From IMG/VR virus record IMGVR_UViG_3300023180_000043: a stretch of 64,000 bases of DNA; one strand, given 5' to 3'. Of this stretch, positions 47,495 through 58,518 are shown piece by piece. Origin of the DNA: an uncultured virus (IMG/VR IMGVR_UViG_3300023180_000043) (Duplodnaviria > Heunggongvirae > Uroviricota > Caudoviricetes). Made by a program: the position numbers and the translations under genes. The notes beneath the pieces are model-generated. The model did no database searches. It was not told the origin of the DNA and saw only the letters and a list, made by a program, of their open reading frames with translations. Position 1 is the stretch's first letter. Each line of letters starts with the position of its first letter.

Positions 47495-49170
47495 CAACAC
47501 TAGATATCAATAATAGTTCTGTAGATTCTTCTGGTGAGAGTTACTACTCTGGTAACGCGATTGGAGGGCACTTCTTCGACGCCACCTCTACTAGCTTTTA
47601 TACTCCAGACTCTACCTATACAGGCTTTGCTGTAAATGGTTACTACTATACAAACGGAGTTCTGAACAACTCTCTTAGAGCAAGCTGGGCAGAGGAAGGC
47701 GATGACGATGTTAATCCTTCAAGAGACTCAGCGACACGAAGCGACCAAGATAGTTTTCCTGATAGTGTGTTTGTTCTATACAGTGAGACTGAAGTAACCA
47801 TTATTGATAGTGTTACAATGGATCTTTGGATGAAGTTCAACATCAGCACTTTACCTTCTATGTCTGCTACAAAGATTATCAAAGCAAAAATGGCAGCTGG
47901 CGTACTTTGTGTTTTGGCACAGCAAAATACGCAAACTGATGCATCTTCTTTTTTACTTACCTATAACTTTCGTAGGGACTGCATAACTATTGGAACAAAC
48001 GGTACTTACTATTTAAGAGAAGGAATAGATAATAGAAACAGAACAAATGCATACGGGACGTTGTCCGAAGATCACGACTTAGCTTCATATATCACAGATA
48101 TTTATCCATCAGGGCAGGTGTACGATCTAGACGTAAACTATGTAGGCAATAATGTAAGGGCTCTTATTGGGGGTCTAGGCTTCTTTATTGGCATCAATAC
48201 GGAAGCACATACAGAGACCGTTTCTAGTTTTGATTACCTGGCTCCTCTATATAAAGTACATTCTGCTTCTCAGACTTTGACTATCAATTCTGCAAACGTA
48301 GCACTGTCGGATATCGTACAATTATCAAGTGGTATTACATCTGTCTGGTCTCTTTACGACGCTACAAATAACTATGACTCTCTAGGAATTGTTTATGGGG
48401 ACGTCATAAAGATTACTGGTGCCACCAACACTTCTTACTTTACCTTGGATGAGATCGTCAGCTCAGGCCAAACTAGCTATAGATTAAAAACAATCACAGA
48501 CCATGAACGGTATGAGGCATTGTCAAAGGACGTGCCTGGTTGGAAGAACGCATCTGTAACTAATGATTACTTAGACGTTAAAAACGATCTTGAAACACAG
48601 AATAGTTATGAAGTTCTTAGACCTGTTCCTTTTGTTAGAATACAGACTGACGGCTCTTACTTAGTATCTTCTTCCTTTTATAAAATTCATAAGTCTACAG
48701 CTGCAAGTATCATAGACCACTCATCAGGTGTAGAGTACGACTTATTTACTGAGTCTGGGAGTGTTGTCACTGGCTACTCTACCAAGTCTATTGTAGAGTA
48801 CAAAGGGTTTGCAGAAGACTTAGACCAAGCTTTTGTTTTATTTAGCGATGAGATTCTTTCTATTAAAATATCCTCAGTCGGTTCCAATGCTCTACAGTCT
48901 ATCACTACTGCAAGTGAGATCGCCGCATCAATTACAGATAGCGAAGGTATCAATGCTTTAGGGAAAGGGCTTGCTATTGACCCGCTATCTGGTAATTTAT
49001 TTACTGGCGGCCTTAAATCTACAGACAATTCATCCTACGTCGTTGAGATTTCTAAGGAAGGGGTTACTCTATCTTGCGCTGTCTTTAAAGAGCAATCCTC
49101 TTCAGCATTCGCAGCTGAGGAGCCAATCATTATGGATGGGTACTCCAACCCTTCCGGTACTGAGGTATAA
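47491..49170 (+). CDS. putative virion structural protein (559 aa, beta-rich)
   Basis: GTGA coupling; Ser/Thr/Tyr-rich. Confidence 0.75.
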   Translation: MTTLDINNSSVDSSGESYYSGNAIGGHFFDATSTSFYTPDSTYTGFAVNGYYYTNGVLNNSLRASWAEEGDDDVNPSRDSATRSDQDSFPDSVFVLYSETEVTIIDSVTMDLWMKFNISTLPSMSATKIIKAKMAAGVLCVLAQQNTQTDASSFLLTYNFRRDCITIGTNGTYYLREGIDNRNRTNAYGTLSEDHDLASYITDIYPSGQVYDLDVNYVGNNVRALIGGLGFFIGINTEAHTETVSSFDYLAPLYKVHSASQTLTINSANVALSDIVQLSSGITSVWSLYDATNNYDSLGIVYGDVIKITGATNTSYFTLDEIVSSGQTSYRLKTITDHERYEALSKDVPGWKNASVTNDYLDVKNDLETQNSYEVLRPVPFVRIQTDGSYLVSSSFYKIHKSTAASIIDHSSGVEYDLFTESGSVVTGYSTKSIVEYKGFAEDLDQAFVLFSDEILSIKISSVGSNALQSITTASEIAASITDSEGINALGKGLAIDPLSGNLFTGGLKSTDNSSYVVEISKEGVTLSCAVFKEQSSSAFAAEEPIIMDGYSNPSGTEV

Positions 49171-52100
49171 ATGCCAGTCTTATTAGGAACATCTGCTAGT
49201 GGTTTTACTTTCAAAAGATCTACAGTATCAGTTGGCTCTGTAGACTATGTTCCTGTTGAGTTTAATAATGCGGACACTGAGCTGTTAGAGCCGGCAGACC
49301 GGCTTTGGGAAACGATACCATCTTTCTATAAAGACTTCCTGCAAAATAAAGAGATCCTTGAGTCCGTATGGACGGGCATGCGTCTCCTACTATCAGCAGA
49401 AATACTAAACCTTTATCAGATATCCTTCAACTCCTCCTCACAAGAAATAAACAGGTACTTTCAGAGAAAGTGGCAGATACTAGACTTTAACAAGCCTCTG
49501 GATCTGGAGAAGACTTACACGGTGCAGGCAGAGGCTTCTGCAAAGGTTGTAAGCAGTCTTTCCGAGGGTGTATATAGTAAAGAGGATGGGCATGATTACC
49601 TTGAAGTATCTCTCAGTAACACAACCACCGGTCAGCGCAGTGACTTCGTATTCTATGGGGAGGTGTATGAAGACTCTGTAAAAGAAGATACATCCTTATC
49701 CTGGGACATAGAGTTTCAACAACCCTCAGCCCTTTCAAAGAACTCAGCATTTTTGAGTGGCTACATATCAACGCTTGAAACGCAGCCAACAAACGCTATC
49801 CTTGCAGGCATTAGATCAAGCAGTACACCAAATCGTAATGTATATCTTTGCTTTATCGATAAAGATGGCAATCGCAGTGAGCTTGTAGACGCATCCTACA
49901 ACCTTGATAAAGATAAAAGATATAAGCTCAAGACAATATACAATAAGCAACAACGAATTCTAACGACAACACTAGAAGAATATGGGGCTACCCTATTCCC
50001 GCACTTCAACAACCTAGCGGGAGGAACTTTTGACGCTCAAGGAATATTTAGTTCATCAGTTACGGGTATTACCTTCCAGGGGTTGTCGATTCCTGTTTTT
50101 GTAGTTAATGGCAGCGAATACGCTGGAACATTAACTAGTACAGGAGTACTCACGGTAGAGGGCTTATCTGGCATTACCGTGTCGAATCTCATCATAAGAA
50201 AAGCCGGAGAAGAGGCTTTACCAACAGGAGGGTCAGATCTTTTTACAAAGACCTTTAAATTCCCCTCTGGAGCACTATCGTCTTCATTCGAAGTAGGCGA
50301 TGAGGTTCAAGTATACTCTAATACTTATGTAGATACAGATGGAGATGGAGTTGCTGATACAATTCTATCTAGAAAGTCAAAGATTGTTTCTATAAATAGT
50401 ACGACAGGTGAGATTGAGCTTGAAGCTGCGATTATTTCAGTAAATGCAGTTGAAGCCACATCGCAGTACCCAAATGGGTATATACCTGATATTGTTAGTG
50501 TTATTGGTTACAGCGACCTTCTTTTAGACATCGACGGAGATGGAATCCTAGATTCAAAGGTTACCCTTACATTAGATATTGCAGGTATAGCAGCAGACTA
50601 TAGATTTACTGCAAATGCCTTTGGGCTTGTCGGATTTAATGGTAGTGCAAACTACCCAATCCCACTGGCCAGTATGCGAGTGTATGATTGGGATTACTCA
50701 TGGCCTGTTCTTTCTGATACCATTGCATACCTACCAAGTATTCGTCCGAATATTACCAACCAGACTGGAAAGTTAGTATTCGGTACAGACTACACATTAT
50801 CTGGCAGCCGGATCCTATTCACAGAAGCCAATAGAAATACTTACTACGCAGAATACATTGCTTTCGATGAAAATACTTTATACGATAACTTTGGAAATCT
50901 ACTAGGTCTAGAGAAAGAGGCTTCGACAGCTGATTATAGAGCAAAAATTAGAGCACTTCTTTTTGCTTTGTACAAAGGTCCGACAGTTCAGGCGCTTAGC
51001 TCAGGGTTTGGTCTCTACTTGGGATTGCCTATCACAGAGTACGCAGGGACTGTAAAGACAATCAATGCTTCTTATTCAACAGAACAAGGGCAGATTGTAG
51101 TTACAAGTGGATCCACAGACTATACATACTACTATCCGAAGAGAGCAGGTACCTCATTAAGTGTAGGGGATAGTGTAGAGCAGTTTCAGCTGCTAGCTGA
51201 TGGTACTGGCTTTCACGACTATATCTCATCTCCACAAGATATTCAATCCATTGGAATAACAGAGATTGAGAAGTACCACACAATCTTGTTGGACTTTGAC
51301 TTAATTAAGATTGACCCAGTTAAACTTCCTGAAGCCTCTAAGTTTGTAGAGAGAATCAAGCCCACATTTAAGAAAAAGATTGTTCGTGGTATTCTCTCTG
51401 TAGTAGATGAAGAAATTGTTGAAGAGGATTTTATCATCGATATCACACAAAGTCTCGTTGACCCCTTCTGCTCGTTTCCACAACCTAGATATGATCACAG
51501 ATTCTATGTAGATCGACACGACTTCGACTATGCTTACGATCAGTTTACTGATGATTTTCTCCCGTCTGGGGGCCTATCAAGTATCAACTCTTCACAGGAC
51601 GGTGTCCCCTCTGCAGTTCTTGTTGTTTCAAGAGACTTTAACCACTCCGAGCTTTCCTCTGTGCACGGTGACAATACTCTGAGAGAGTTCCTAACTGGAG
51701 TAGTCGAGCTGACCAGTGGCAGCGCTAATGCATCTGGTACTGCAGATGTGTATGGAGAGACAACAGATTTTGCAGCAGAGATTTCCCCAACCCTGTCAAG
51801 TCTTACAGGAACGCAAGAGCTGTTTGTTATATTACAGCCTTATTATGAAGGGACAGGAGCCTCCGCAACTCAATACTCAAATCTACTTGTAGGATCTGCT
51901 GGAGACTTTGATGATATAGCCGAGGGTGATGTTATTGTTTTAAAAGGGCTGCAGATTGACTCTGATAGTGATGGAACTCCAGATACGGACAGTCCGAGTG
52001 ACAATGGCTCTTTTATGGTAGCGCAAACATTTGGTGCAGGTTCAGATAGAATTGAACTTACGCATGCGTTTGTAAATAGGCCAACGGCCACTAACGACAC

Positions 52101-53424
52101 ATATACAAGTATCTCATGGATAGCATACAAGAATACTGCTACTGCTGTAAAGGTGTCCAGTGTTACGAATGCTTCTACTTTTGTTTTAAATACCGCTGTT
52201 CCTGCAGCTTATGACCCGGATGGTCCAACAAAGTATCTTGCAACAATGGTGCACCCAGACTTTTTAGCAATCTACTACGATTACTTCGAAGAGTATTGCC
52301 CTAACGAAAATACTACACTATACTTCGGCTCTGACTTCAGCCATAGTTCAAACTCTGCCAGTGTAACTGCAGTTTACCAACCAGTAGGAATAAGTTACCC
52401 ACCAACGCAGGATGGCACAATCACATTCCCTTCTGTTGGTTCGCAGATTGACTATACAGCTTATAATCGATTCTATAACTACGAAACTTTTTCAATCACT
52501 ACAGACTCAGCAAACAGGGACGAGATAACAATACATACATCTCTGTACTGGACACTGAAAGTGGGAGATTGGATTGCATTTCCTCTGCTTCCCAACAGCT
52601 CTGCCAGAAATGGGTTAACCGCAGAAGATGCTACGGGCACTACCCAAAGTGAAGATGAAGTAGTCTTTACCACAGAAACCCTAGCCAACTCTAGTATTAG
52701 TCCAGATCCTCACTATATGGGGTTCTCCTGGCATAGAGTAACTTCGATTACAGGATCTTACTCCGCTACGAATCCACAGATTACCCCCTCACTGTCCACA
52801 GATATTGGAACTCAAACTACTGTAAATAGTGGTCTTATACACATTACGCATCCAGATACTGCAGCTGGGATTGCCATTGGTACTTTAAGCACGGGATCAT
52901 CCCCTTTTACTTTAACTTTTAAGTACGCAGGGAACGTAGGGTCTTACACCGGGGATTACGACCCGGACGACTCAGCAAGATCCGATGAAAGAATTGTTAC
53001 TGGGATGTTCCTGCTCGCTATCCAAGAAACTCCAGACTGGGATAGCACTGCGGATGAAGTTGACGTAATATTGGAAGTAACGGATGGAGAACATACAGCA
53101 ACAGCTAATCCAAACGAGTATGAGATTGAGGTACGTATCTGGAAAGGTTCTTCTCACAGTTCGATTGTTAGCTCTTTCAGTAATACAAACAGCTATCAAC
53201 TATGTCCTGTAGACTTTGCGCATCCGCTTCAGCAGGACAACAGCCTAACCCAGACGACTCAGCACACAACAAATAACATAGCCAGTAAGAAAGGTATGTC
53301 AGAAATCTTTGATGTACACAGCACTGCTGGAGCACAGTATAACTCTACAGAAGTGGTGGTTGCTACGTCTGGTAGTAAGGAAGATGGTACAATCAGTTAT
53401 ACTATTGTTGAAGCGGCACCGTAG
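49171..53424 (+). CDS. baseplate wedge gp7/tail-I-like protein (1417 aa)
   Basis: LYDNFG.LLGL....YRAKIRAL..LYKGPT and ERIKPT motifs; DxDGDG loops. Confidence 0.65.
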   Translation: MPVLLGTSASGFTFKRSTVSVGSVDYVPVEFNNADTELLEPADRLWETIPSFYKDFLQNKEILESVWTGMRLLLSAEILNLYQISFNSSSQEINRYFQRKWQILDFNKPLDLEKTYTVQAEASAKVVSSLSEGVYSKEDGHDYLEVSLSNTTTGQRSDFVFYGEVYEDSVKEDTSLSWDIEFQQPSALSKNSAFLSGYISTLETQPTNAILAGIRSSSTPNRNVYLCFIDKDGNRSELVDASYNLDKDKRYKLKTIYNKQQRILTTTLEEYGATLFPHFNNLAGGTFDAQGIFSSSVTGITFQGLSIPVFVVNGSEYAGTLTSTGVLTVEGLSGITVSNLIIRKAGEEALPTGGSDLFTKTFKFPSGALSSSFEVGDEVQVYSNTYVDTDGDGVADTILSRKSKIVSINSTTGEIELEAAIISVNAVEATSQYPNGYIPDIVSVIGYSDLLLDIDGDGILDSKVTLTLDIAGIAADYRFTANAFGLVGFNGSANYPIPLASMRVYDWDYSWPVLSDTIAYLPSIRPNITNQTGKLVFGTDYTLSGSRILFTEANRNTYYAEYIAFDENTLYDNFGNLLGLEKEASTADYRAKIRALLFALYKGPTVQALSSGFGLYLGLPITEYAGTVKTINASYSTEQGQIVVTSGSTDYTYYYPKRAGTSLSVGDSVEQFQLLADGTGFHDYISSPQDIQSIGITEIEKYHTILLDFDLIKIDPVKLPEASKFVERIKPTFKKKIVRGILSVVDEEIVEEDFIIDITQSLVDPFCSFPQPRYDHRFYVDRHDFDYAYDQFTDDFLPSGGLSSINSSQDGVPSAVLVVSRDFNHSELSSVHGDNTLREFLTGVVELTSGSANASGTADVYGETTDFAAEISPTLSSLTGTQELFVILQPYYEGTGASATQYSNLLVGSAGDFDDIAEGDVIVLKGLQIDSDSDGTPDTDSPSDNGSFMVAQTFGAGSDRIELTHAFVNRPTATNDTYTSISWIAYKNTATAVKVSSVTNASTFVLNTAVPAAYDPDGPTKYLATMVHPDFLAIYYDYFEEYCPNENTTLYFGSDFSHSSNSASVTAVYQPVGISYPPTQDGTITFPSVGSQIDYTAYNRFYNYETFSITTDSANRDEITIHTSLYWTLKVGDWIAFPLLPNSSARNGLTAEDATGTTQSEDEVVFTTETLANSSISPDPHYMGFSWHRVTSITGSYSATNPQITPSLSTDIGTQTTVNSGLIHITHPDTAAGIAIGTLSTGSSPFTLTFKYAGNVGSYTGDYDPDDSARSDERIVTGMFLLAIQETPDWDSTADEVDVILEVTDGEHTATANPNEYEIEVRIWKGSSHSSIVSSFSNTNSYQLCPVDFAHPLQQDNSLTQTTQHTTNNIASKKGMSEIFDVHSTAGAQYNSTEVVVATSGSKEDGTISYTIVEAAP

Positions 53425-53432
53425 GGATAAAT

Positions 53433-53540
53433 ATGTTAGACTTTTTGAAGCCAAAAACTGGTATTCTGATTATAAAAAAACCAGTTAAGACTCAGCCAAA
53501 AGAGGAAAAATCAAATGAGAAGAATACTAAATCAAATTAA
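53433..53540 (+). CDS. 35-aa peptide MLDFLKPKTGILII..., below the ORF-track cutoff
   Basis: AGGGA SD; fills the gap; resembles the VDLFKPK segment of the next gene. Confidence 0.45.
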   Translation: MLDFLKPKTGILIIKKPVKTQPKEEKSNEKNTKSN

Positions 53541-54207
53541 ACAATACATTATCTCTCTTCGAAAGTTTGGGAACGATGTAGTAGACTTGTTTAAGCCAAA
53601 GAATGATGTTGAGATTCTACTTCGATGCGCTGAGACTGGGGTAGTGCGAAAAAAAATTAAGAGTCGTAATATTGTGACATCGTTCCTTTTAGCTGGATCA
53701 GGTTATCCTGCCTACCGATCTGGGACAGATGTAATGAGACGCTTATTGATTGATCCAAATGATTCTGACTATGGCTCTGAGTCTTTACAGAATGTGAACG
53801 GGGGGTCTACTGGTGTTTATATCAAGTTTATGGAGTTTGGCATCGGGAATACTCCTGAGGGAGCAAGCGATAAAGGGTTAGCTACTCCTATTGGGTACGA
53901 TAATGAAGATGGCAGCAGCAATTATGTTGGTATCGAGAACTATTCAGGATCAACAGAGCCCAATGCTAGAAAGACTGTTTCTATGAATACGGGAGCCGGA
54001 AGTGTTCTTGCTACTACAGCTACCGATGTAACCTTCATTGGGGAATGGACTTCAGCCGAGCTTAATGGCCAACAGTTATCTGAAATCTGCTTGATCACTT
54101 CAGCAGACGGCAACTCGGATAAGCACTTCTTTGCAAGAAAGACATTTACACCGTTTACTAAAACATCAGAATTCACTCTAGAAATCCGCTGGACAATAAG
54201 GTTCTAA
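53515..54207 (+). CDS. tail-collar/fibre attachment protein
   Basis: NIVT...GIG.....ELNG..LSEI.L...FARKTF.PFTKT.EF.LEIRW.I.F pattern. Confidence 0.7.
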   Translation: MRRILNQIKQYIISLRKFGNDVVDLFKPKNDVEILLRCAETGVVRKKIKSRNIVTSFLLAGSGYPAYRSGTDVMRRLLIDPNDSDYGSESLQNVNGGSTGVYIKFMEFGIGNTPEGASDKGLATPIGYDNEDGSSNYVGIENYSGSTEPNARKTVSMNTGAGSVLATTATDVTFIGEWTSAELNGQQLSEICLITSADGNSDKHFFARKTFTPFTKTSEFTLEIRWTIRF

Positions 54208-54208
54208 T

Positions 54209-56977
54209 ATGCCAACTACAAATACAAGAACAGATTACGTAACTCTTTATCGTACATTTGCAGAGATGTATGAAAACCTAGACTTTATCCAGACGTTAGA
54301 GAGGTTGCAGACTGGTGAGCCTACCAATATGCATGGGTCAAACTCTGGTAGTAAGATCGAAGGTACCAACAGACCGCTGGCAAGACTTGCACATGGCATG
54401 GATTCTTTGCTTGACCAAATGATGCTCCTCAAAACCGCAGTAGTAGATGCCGCAAACACCACTACGGTCACTTGGAATGGCACAAACCTAGTGACCAGTG
54501 CCTCTATTGAGGTAAGAGTAAACTTAGTTGCAGCAGGGCAAATTGCCGCTGCCCCTTCAGGAAAGATTAGCTACAGTATTCTGGCTTTTACACAAGCCAC
54601 TGCGTCCGTAGACTGGGGATATGTAATCCTTCCTATGGATCCTACAGGCACTACTACAGTTTCTATTGCTACAGCAACAAATGCCGACTTTGAAACCGCA
54701 CTTCAAGGTAGTGATCGCATGAAGATCCTTCCTGTATTCTACAAGAACTCTGCAGGGAATATTGTTTGGATGCTAGGAAGTCAAGAGATCATCCATCAAG
54801 ATAGAACTTTTTATCCAGGGAAGAAGCATAATCGTTTCTATAGTTTAAATAGTAGTACCCAAGCTCTGAACAACATTAGTATCTCAGGATCTGGAAATGT
54901 AAGCTGGATTAAAGATGGAGCGGTATCAGGTGACTATGAGTTAACACTACCATCTCTAACGATCACAGGACCGAGTATTAGTCAAACCTTAGCAGGGGAT
55001 GTGTATTCAGCAGGGGATGCAGATGAGCTTCAAGATGGATACGCCCTGTTTATTAACAGTTCTGATGGATCTGTTGAAGTTCAAAGTTTGAATAGCACTG
55101 ACTTTGCAGACTCTGATGTATTAAGAGTTATGATCTGCGCCAGATCAGGTAATAATGTCTATTTCTGGAACGGACTTAAACTAGTTGGAACAAGCACAGC
55201 CAGCACGGGGACAACTGTAGATCTATTTAACTTTCAGCAGCAGTTAGTGCGTTTGGTTGATGACAGTACCTCTTTTTATCTTGATATTGTGTCGAATAGT
55301 GATTCTAACTTTTCGGCAAACAGAACACTCACACTAGATACTGGAAATGCTGATAGAACATTGCAACTTAAAGGGGCAGCATCTACGTATACTTTCAATG
55401 CAACCTCTTTCTCTCTCCAAGGTACGTACTCCCAAGATGCTGGGACAACATTGCAGTTACAGGAGAACGGTAGTCTTTATTTATTGGGAACGTCCGGTAG
55501 CCCGTCTTCTATTAGCTTAAATCAAGCATCAATTGACCTCGAAGCCAATTGCTCTATTGATCTTGACTCTACATCAACAATTACAGCAGACAATAGCACT
55601 CTGGCTCTTGGTACAGGTAATGCGGTATCTTTTGGTGCAAACTTTAGCAGCACCGGTGTAGTCTCAATTACAAGCAACTGTACCATTGATCAAGATCTGA
55701 GTACTACTTCTGACGTTACGCATTCTGGCTTAGAGTTGGAAGATGCTTCTGCATTTTTTACTATTAGTAACTTTAACAATAGTACAACGTTTCCTCAGAT
55801 TACCTCTCAGCACGCCCACGGTACTATCGGCGCACCCACAAGCGCCGATGCAAGTGACTATCTTTTACAGTTGTCCGCAAAAGGATATAATGCAAGCTCG
55901 GCCTCTTATGAAACAGGCGGGTACATCTATGTTTCTACAGATACAGGTACGGTAGCCGCTGTTTCGGATGATATGCCTTCCCACATGCGTTTCGGGACTT
56001 CTCCAGGAGGGGGAACCGCAGTTCAAGAGCGTATGAGAATCTTAAGTAATGGATTTGTGGGATTGGGTGTTTCAGATCCAGATGCCGCTCTTGAAGTGTT
56101 TAACACAAGCACTCAGCTTAAATTAAGCTATAACTCAGTAAACTTTACGACTTTTACGGTATCTTCATCAGGGGATTTTGACATTGATACAAACTCTGGG
56201 GTTGAGCACGAGGTGACAATCAACTCTGAGAGACCCCGATCTGAGTCGCTTACGCTTGTATGTAAAGCGAGAAGTGCGGCAACAAGTAATGGATCCGGTA
56301 TCCCCACGTTGGATGGTCCACTTCGTGGATCTGATGAGGGTAAAACTACCGCTACATTCGGAACAGCGGTGTACACCAATCTATCAACGTGGGGTTTGAC
56401 AGGAGCCGACGACAGATTAGGAGCAATCTGGGTAGCTCCTAGGAACTGTATTATTAAGAAGATGTTCTTTTCTAGTGACACTAACTTTGGAAACTATACT
56501 GATGACGATGCTTTGGTATACTCTACAAACAACTATCCAGGTATTGGAAATATAGCAGGATCTGGATGGGAGTGCCCTTTAGCTGCTTCAGTACAGTTAA
56601 ATATTTATAAAGTATCATACAACCAGACAGATGATGCTAGAGGAGGATTCTTAGGTGCTGGAGCAGACGTATCTGTAAGTCTTGAAGCTTCTTCTAAGAC
56701 ACTATACGGGTCCATATTCGATCTTGGAGGCGATGGAACAGATGGAACAACAACGTGGAGTGAATCATATGCAGGTCGAGTTGTTGAAATGGAATTTACT
56801 GAAGTAGAGATTCTTGAGGGTGAAGGATTTTTAATCCATTTTATTGATCCGGAACTGGTATCCTCGTCATCTAGTGAGAGTGCAACGTCTAGACTAAGTT
56901 CTAATTTGACAGCAACACCATCAAGCATTTCAGAGCCAATCCTTAGAGTTACTGTTGTAGTTGAGTACCCAATCTAA
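54209..56977 (+). CDS. tail fibre protein (922 aa)
   Basis: NRPL..LA N-terminus; ERMRI.SNG.VG.G...P.A.LEV fibre repeat. Confidence 0.75.
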   Translation: MPTTNTRTDYVTLYRTFAEMYENLDFIQTLERLQTGEPTNMHGSNSGSKIEGTNRPLARLAHGMDSLLDQMMLLKTAVVDAANTTTVTWNGTNLVTSASIEVRVNLVAAGQIAAAPSGKISYSILAFTQATASVDWGYVILPMDPTGTTTVSIATATNADFETALQGSDRMKILPVFYKNSAGNIVWMLGSQEIIHQDRTFYPGKKHNRFYSLNSSTQALNNISISGSGNVSWIKDGAVSGDYELTLPSLTITGPSISQTLAGDVYSAGDADELQDGYALFINSSDGSVEVQSLNSTDFADSDVLRVMICARSGNNVYFWNGLKLVGTSTASTGTTVDLFNFQQQLVRLVDDSTSFYLDIVSNSDSNFSANRTLTLDTGNADRTLQLKGAASTYTFNATSFSLQGTYSQDAGTTLQLQENGSLYLLGTSGSPSSISLNQASIDLEANCSIDLDSTSTITADNSTLALGTGNAVSFGANFSSTGVVSITSNCTIDQDLSTTSDVTHSGLELEDASAFFTISNFNNSTTFPQITSQHAHGTIGAPTSADASDYLLQLSAKGYNASSASYETGGYIYVSTDTGTVAAVSDDMPSHMRFGTSPGGGTAVQERMRILSNGFVGLGVSDPDAALEVFNTSTQLKLSYNSVNFTTFTVSSSGDFDIDTNSGVEHEVTINSERPRSESLTLVCKARSAATSNGSGIPTLDGPLRGSDEGKTTATFGTAVYTNLSTWGLTGADDRLGAIWVAPRNCIIKKMFFSSDTNFGNYTDDDALVYSTNNYPGIGNIAGSGWECPLAASVQLNIYKVSYNQTDDARGGFLGAGADVSVSLEASSKTLYGSIFDLGGDGTDGTTTWSESYAGRVVEMEFTEVEILEGEGFLIHFIDPELVSSSSSESATSRLSSNLTATPSSISEPILRVTVVVEYPI

Positions 56978-56980
56978 GCG

Positions 56981-57016
56981 AAAAAAATAAAGGGGGCAAG
57001 GACGACCCCCTTTATT
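56981..57016. terminator. bidirectional terminator between convergent blocks
   Basis: 11-bp inverted repeat AATAAAGGGGG/CCCCCTTTATT. Confidence 0.8.
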
Positions 57017-57032
57017 AATGAGCAGCGACTTT

Positions 57033-57383
57033 TTATTGTAACTGCTCCATCAGTTCTTGTCCAAAGAAGTTAGCGGATCTTCTTATAAACTCTGCCGCTT
57101 TCTCTTTATCAATGATTTCGCTGTTTTCTTTAACAAAGACAACCCTCCGGACGCCTTTGATTTCAGGGTGCCTTTCAATAAGTGCACTGATGTCCCCATC
57201 AATATTATTACAGTCATAACTCACTCTACCTTCTGTATGGAATGCAAACATGTTCTCTGGAAGATTCTCTAGTAAATACTGTAGAAGCTTGTCTAAAATC
57301 TCACAATCTTCATCTTCTAATAATGATATATCAATACCATTGGTTGTAATAAATATGAGATCTTCTAGGTAACTCATGATCAT
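57033..57383 (-). CDS. hypothetical protein (start 57383 or 57377)
   Basis: ATGA overlap with the thyX stop. Confidence 0.7.
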   Translation of the reverse strand: MIMSYLEDLIFITTNGIDISLLEDEDCEILDKLLQYLLENLPENMFAFHTEGRVSYDCNNIDGDISALIERHPEIKGVRRVVFVKENSEIIDKEKAAEFIRRSANFFGQELMEQLQ

Positions 57384-58045
57384 TCCTTTATTTCCTTCCA
57401 AGCCTTTACCGTTTCTGGAAACAGGCCTGCTGCTATGTTTAAACACGCTTGCGCAACTACTTGAATCTCATACTGAGCATGAGAATCCAGCCTAAGGTCA
57501 ATAAACTTTAGTAAGTTGCTTAAGTTTACTGTACCATAATATTCTGTGTACAGATTTTGCGGTAAGATCATCCTGGCCTGTTCTCTACTTACTCCGTTTC
57601 TAATAAGCTCTCTGTATGCAGCATACCCAGAGCGGTAAGCAGCCTCAAAGACATAGATGTTCAGCTCTTGCTTTTCTACTGAGGCTTCTGCTGAAGCTTG
57701 TCTATTAACTTTGTGTTGTTTGTAAAAAGTCTCTGGAGTATAGAATTGAATGTTCTCCGAAGTGTACCTTCTAGACACCTCATTGTATGACCAAGTACGA
57801 TGACGATGATGCTGTGAGCGGACAAACAACGGAACCTTAAACCTGAATGTAACCGTGCAATGCTCCAAAGTAGATGTGTGTCTATTTTTGATTAGATACT
57901 TAATAAGTTTTTTATCTTTCTCATCAAGTTCATCTTTATGTTTTCCGAAGCTTACCCTTGCAGAGTTAACCACAGAAAGGTCATCTCCCATGTGGTTCAC
58001 ATATTCAACAAACCCAATGTTATCATTATATATATGCTCTTTCAC
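57380..58045 (-). CDS. thyX: FAD-dependent thymidylate synthase
   Basis: RHRxxSYNEVSRRY signature; HTSTLEH, EQARMILP and LRLDSHAQYEI motifs. Confidence 0.97.
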   Translation of the reverse strand: MKEHIYNDNIGFVEYVNHMGDDLSVVNSARVSFGKHKDELDEKDKKLIKYLIKNRHTSTLEHCTVTFRFKVPLFVRSQHHRHRTWSYNEVSRRYTSENIQFYTPETFYKQHKVNRQASAEASVEKQELNIYVFEAAYRSGYAAYRELIRNGVSREQARMILPQNLYTEYYGTVNLSNLLKFIDLRLDSHAQYEIQVVAQACLNIAAGLFPETVKAWKEIKE

Positions 58046-58518
58046 GCTTTCCCCAAGGATGTGATGATTGAGTTGACAATGTTTTGTAAATCTGCAGTGT
58101 ATCCAAACACTTTATCTACGTATTCAGATGGATACTTGTTAGCAAAGAAACAAATTAAAGGGTTATCCGGTGAGTGATTGCATGATAGTGATTCGTGGGG
58201 ATCAGATACAACAAACGGAAAGTCTCCATTAACTTTAACCGTGACATACTTAAGGTCGTTTACATGGTCTATGACTGTTAGATGATCTCCTGCCATCCTT
58301 TCAATAACCTCCTGCCCGTACGATATGTCAGATCCGGGGAACACGATAACGTAATCTTTACAGCCTTTTCTGCGTATTCCAATAGTTGCGTCTTCTACAT
58401 GTACAAGGCTGTAGCCAAACTCGTGACACACATCATCAAGATATATCGTCCATTCATTGTAGTTTAAGTATGGAGGCGGCTCTTTAATCTTTTCATGAAT
58501 CTTTTTTATGATTTCCAT
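58042..58518 (-). CDS. hypothetical protein (158 aa)
   Basis: Operon packing. Confidence 0.7.
   Translation of the reverse strand: MEIIKKIHEKIKEPPPYLNYNEWTIYLDDVCHEFGYSLVHVEDATIGIRRKGCKDYVIVFPGSDISYGQEVIERMAGDHLTVIDHVNDLKYVTVKVNGDFPFVVSDPHESLSCNHSPDNPLICFFANKYPSEYVDKVFGYTADLQNIVNSIITSLGKA

Noticed and set aside
35381..53424. Inteins or introns in the very long ORFs
   Set aside because: No intein terminal motifs (C...HN/C,S,T), homing-endonuclease motifs or frame interruptions were noticed; not exhaustively excluded
9469..56928. Many 60-190 aa minus-strand ORFs inside the structural block (e.g. 9469..9897, 20352..20864, 30545..31105)
   Set aside because: They are antisense shadows of long plus-strand genes, with no SD sequences or recognisable motifs
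9323..56977. Bacterial contractile injection system (eCIS/tailocin) rather than a phage
   Set aside because: The flanks contain phage-type thyX, sigma factors, resolvases, a tRNA and dense small hypothetical genes, with no host housekeeping context
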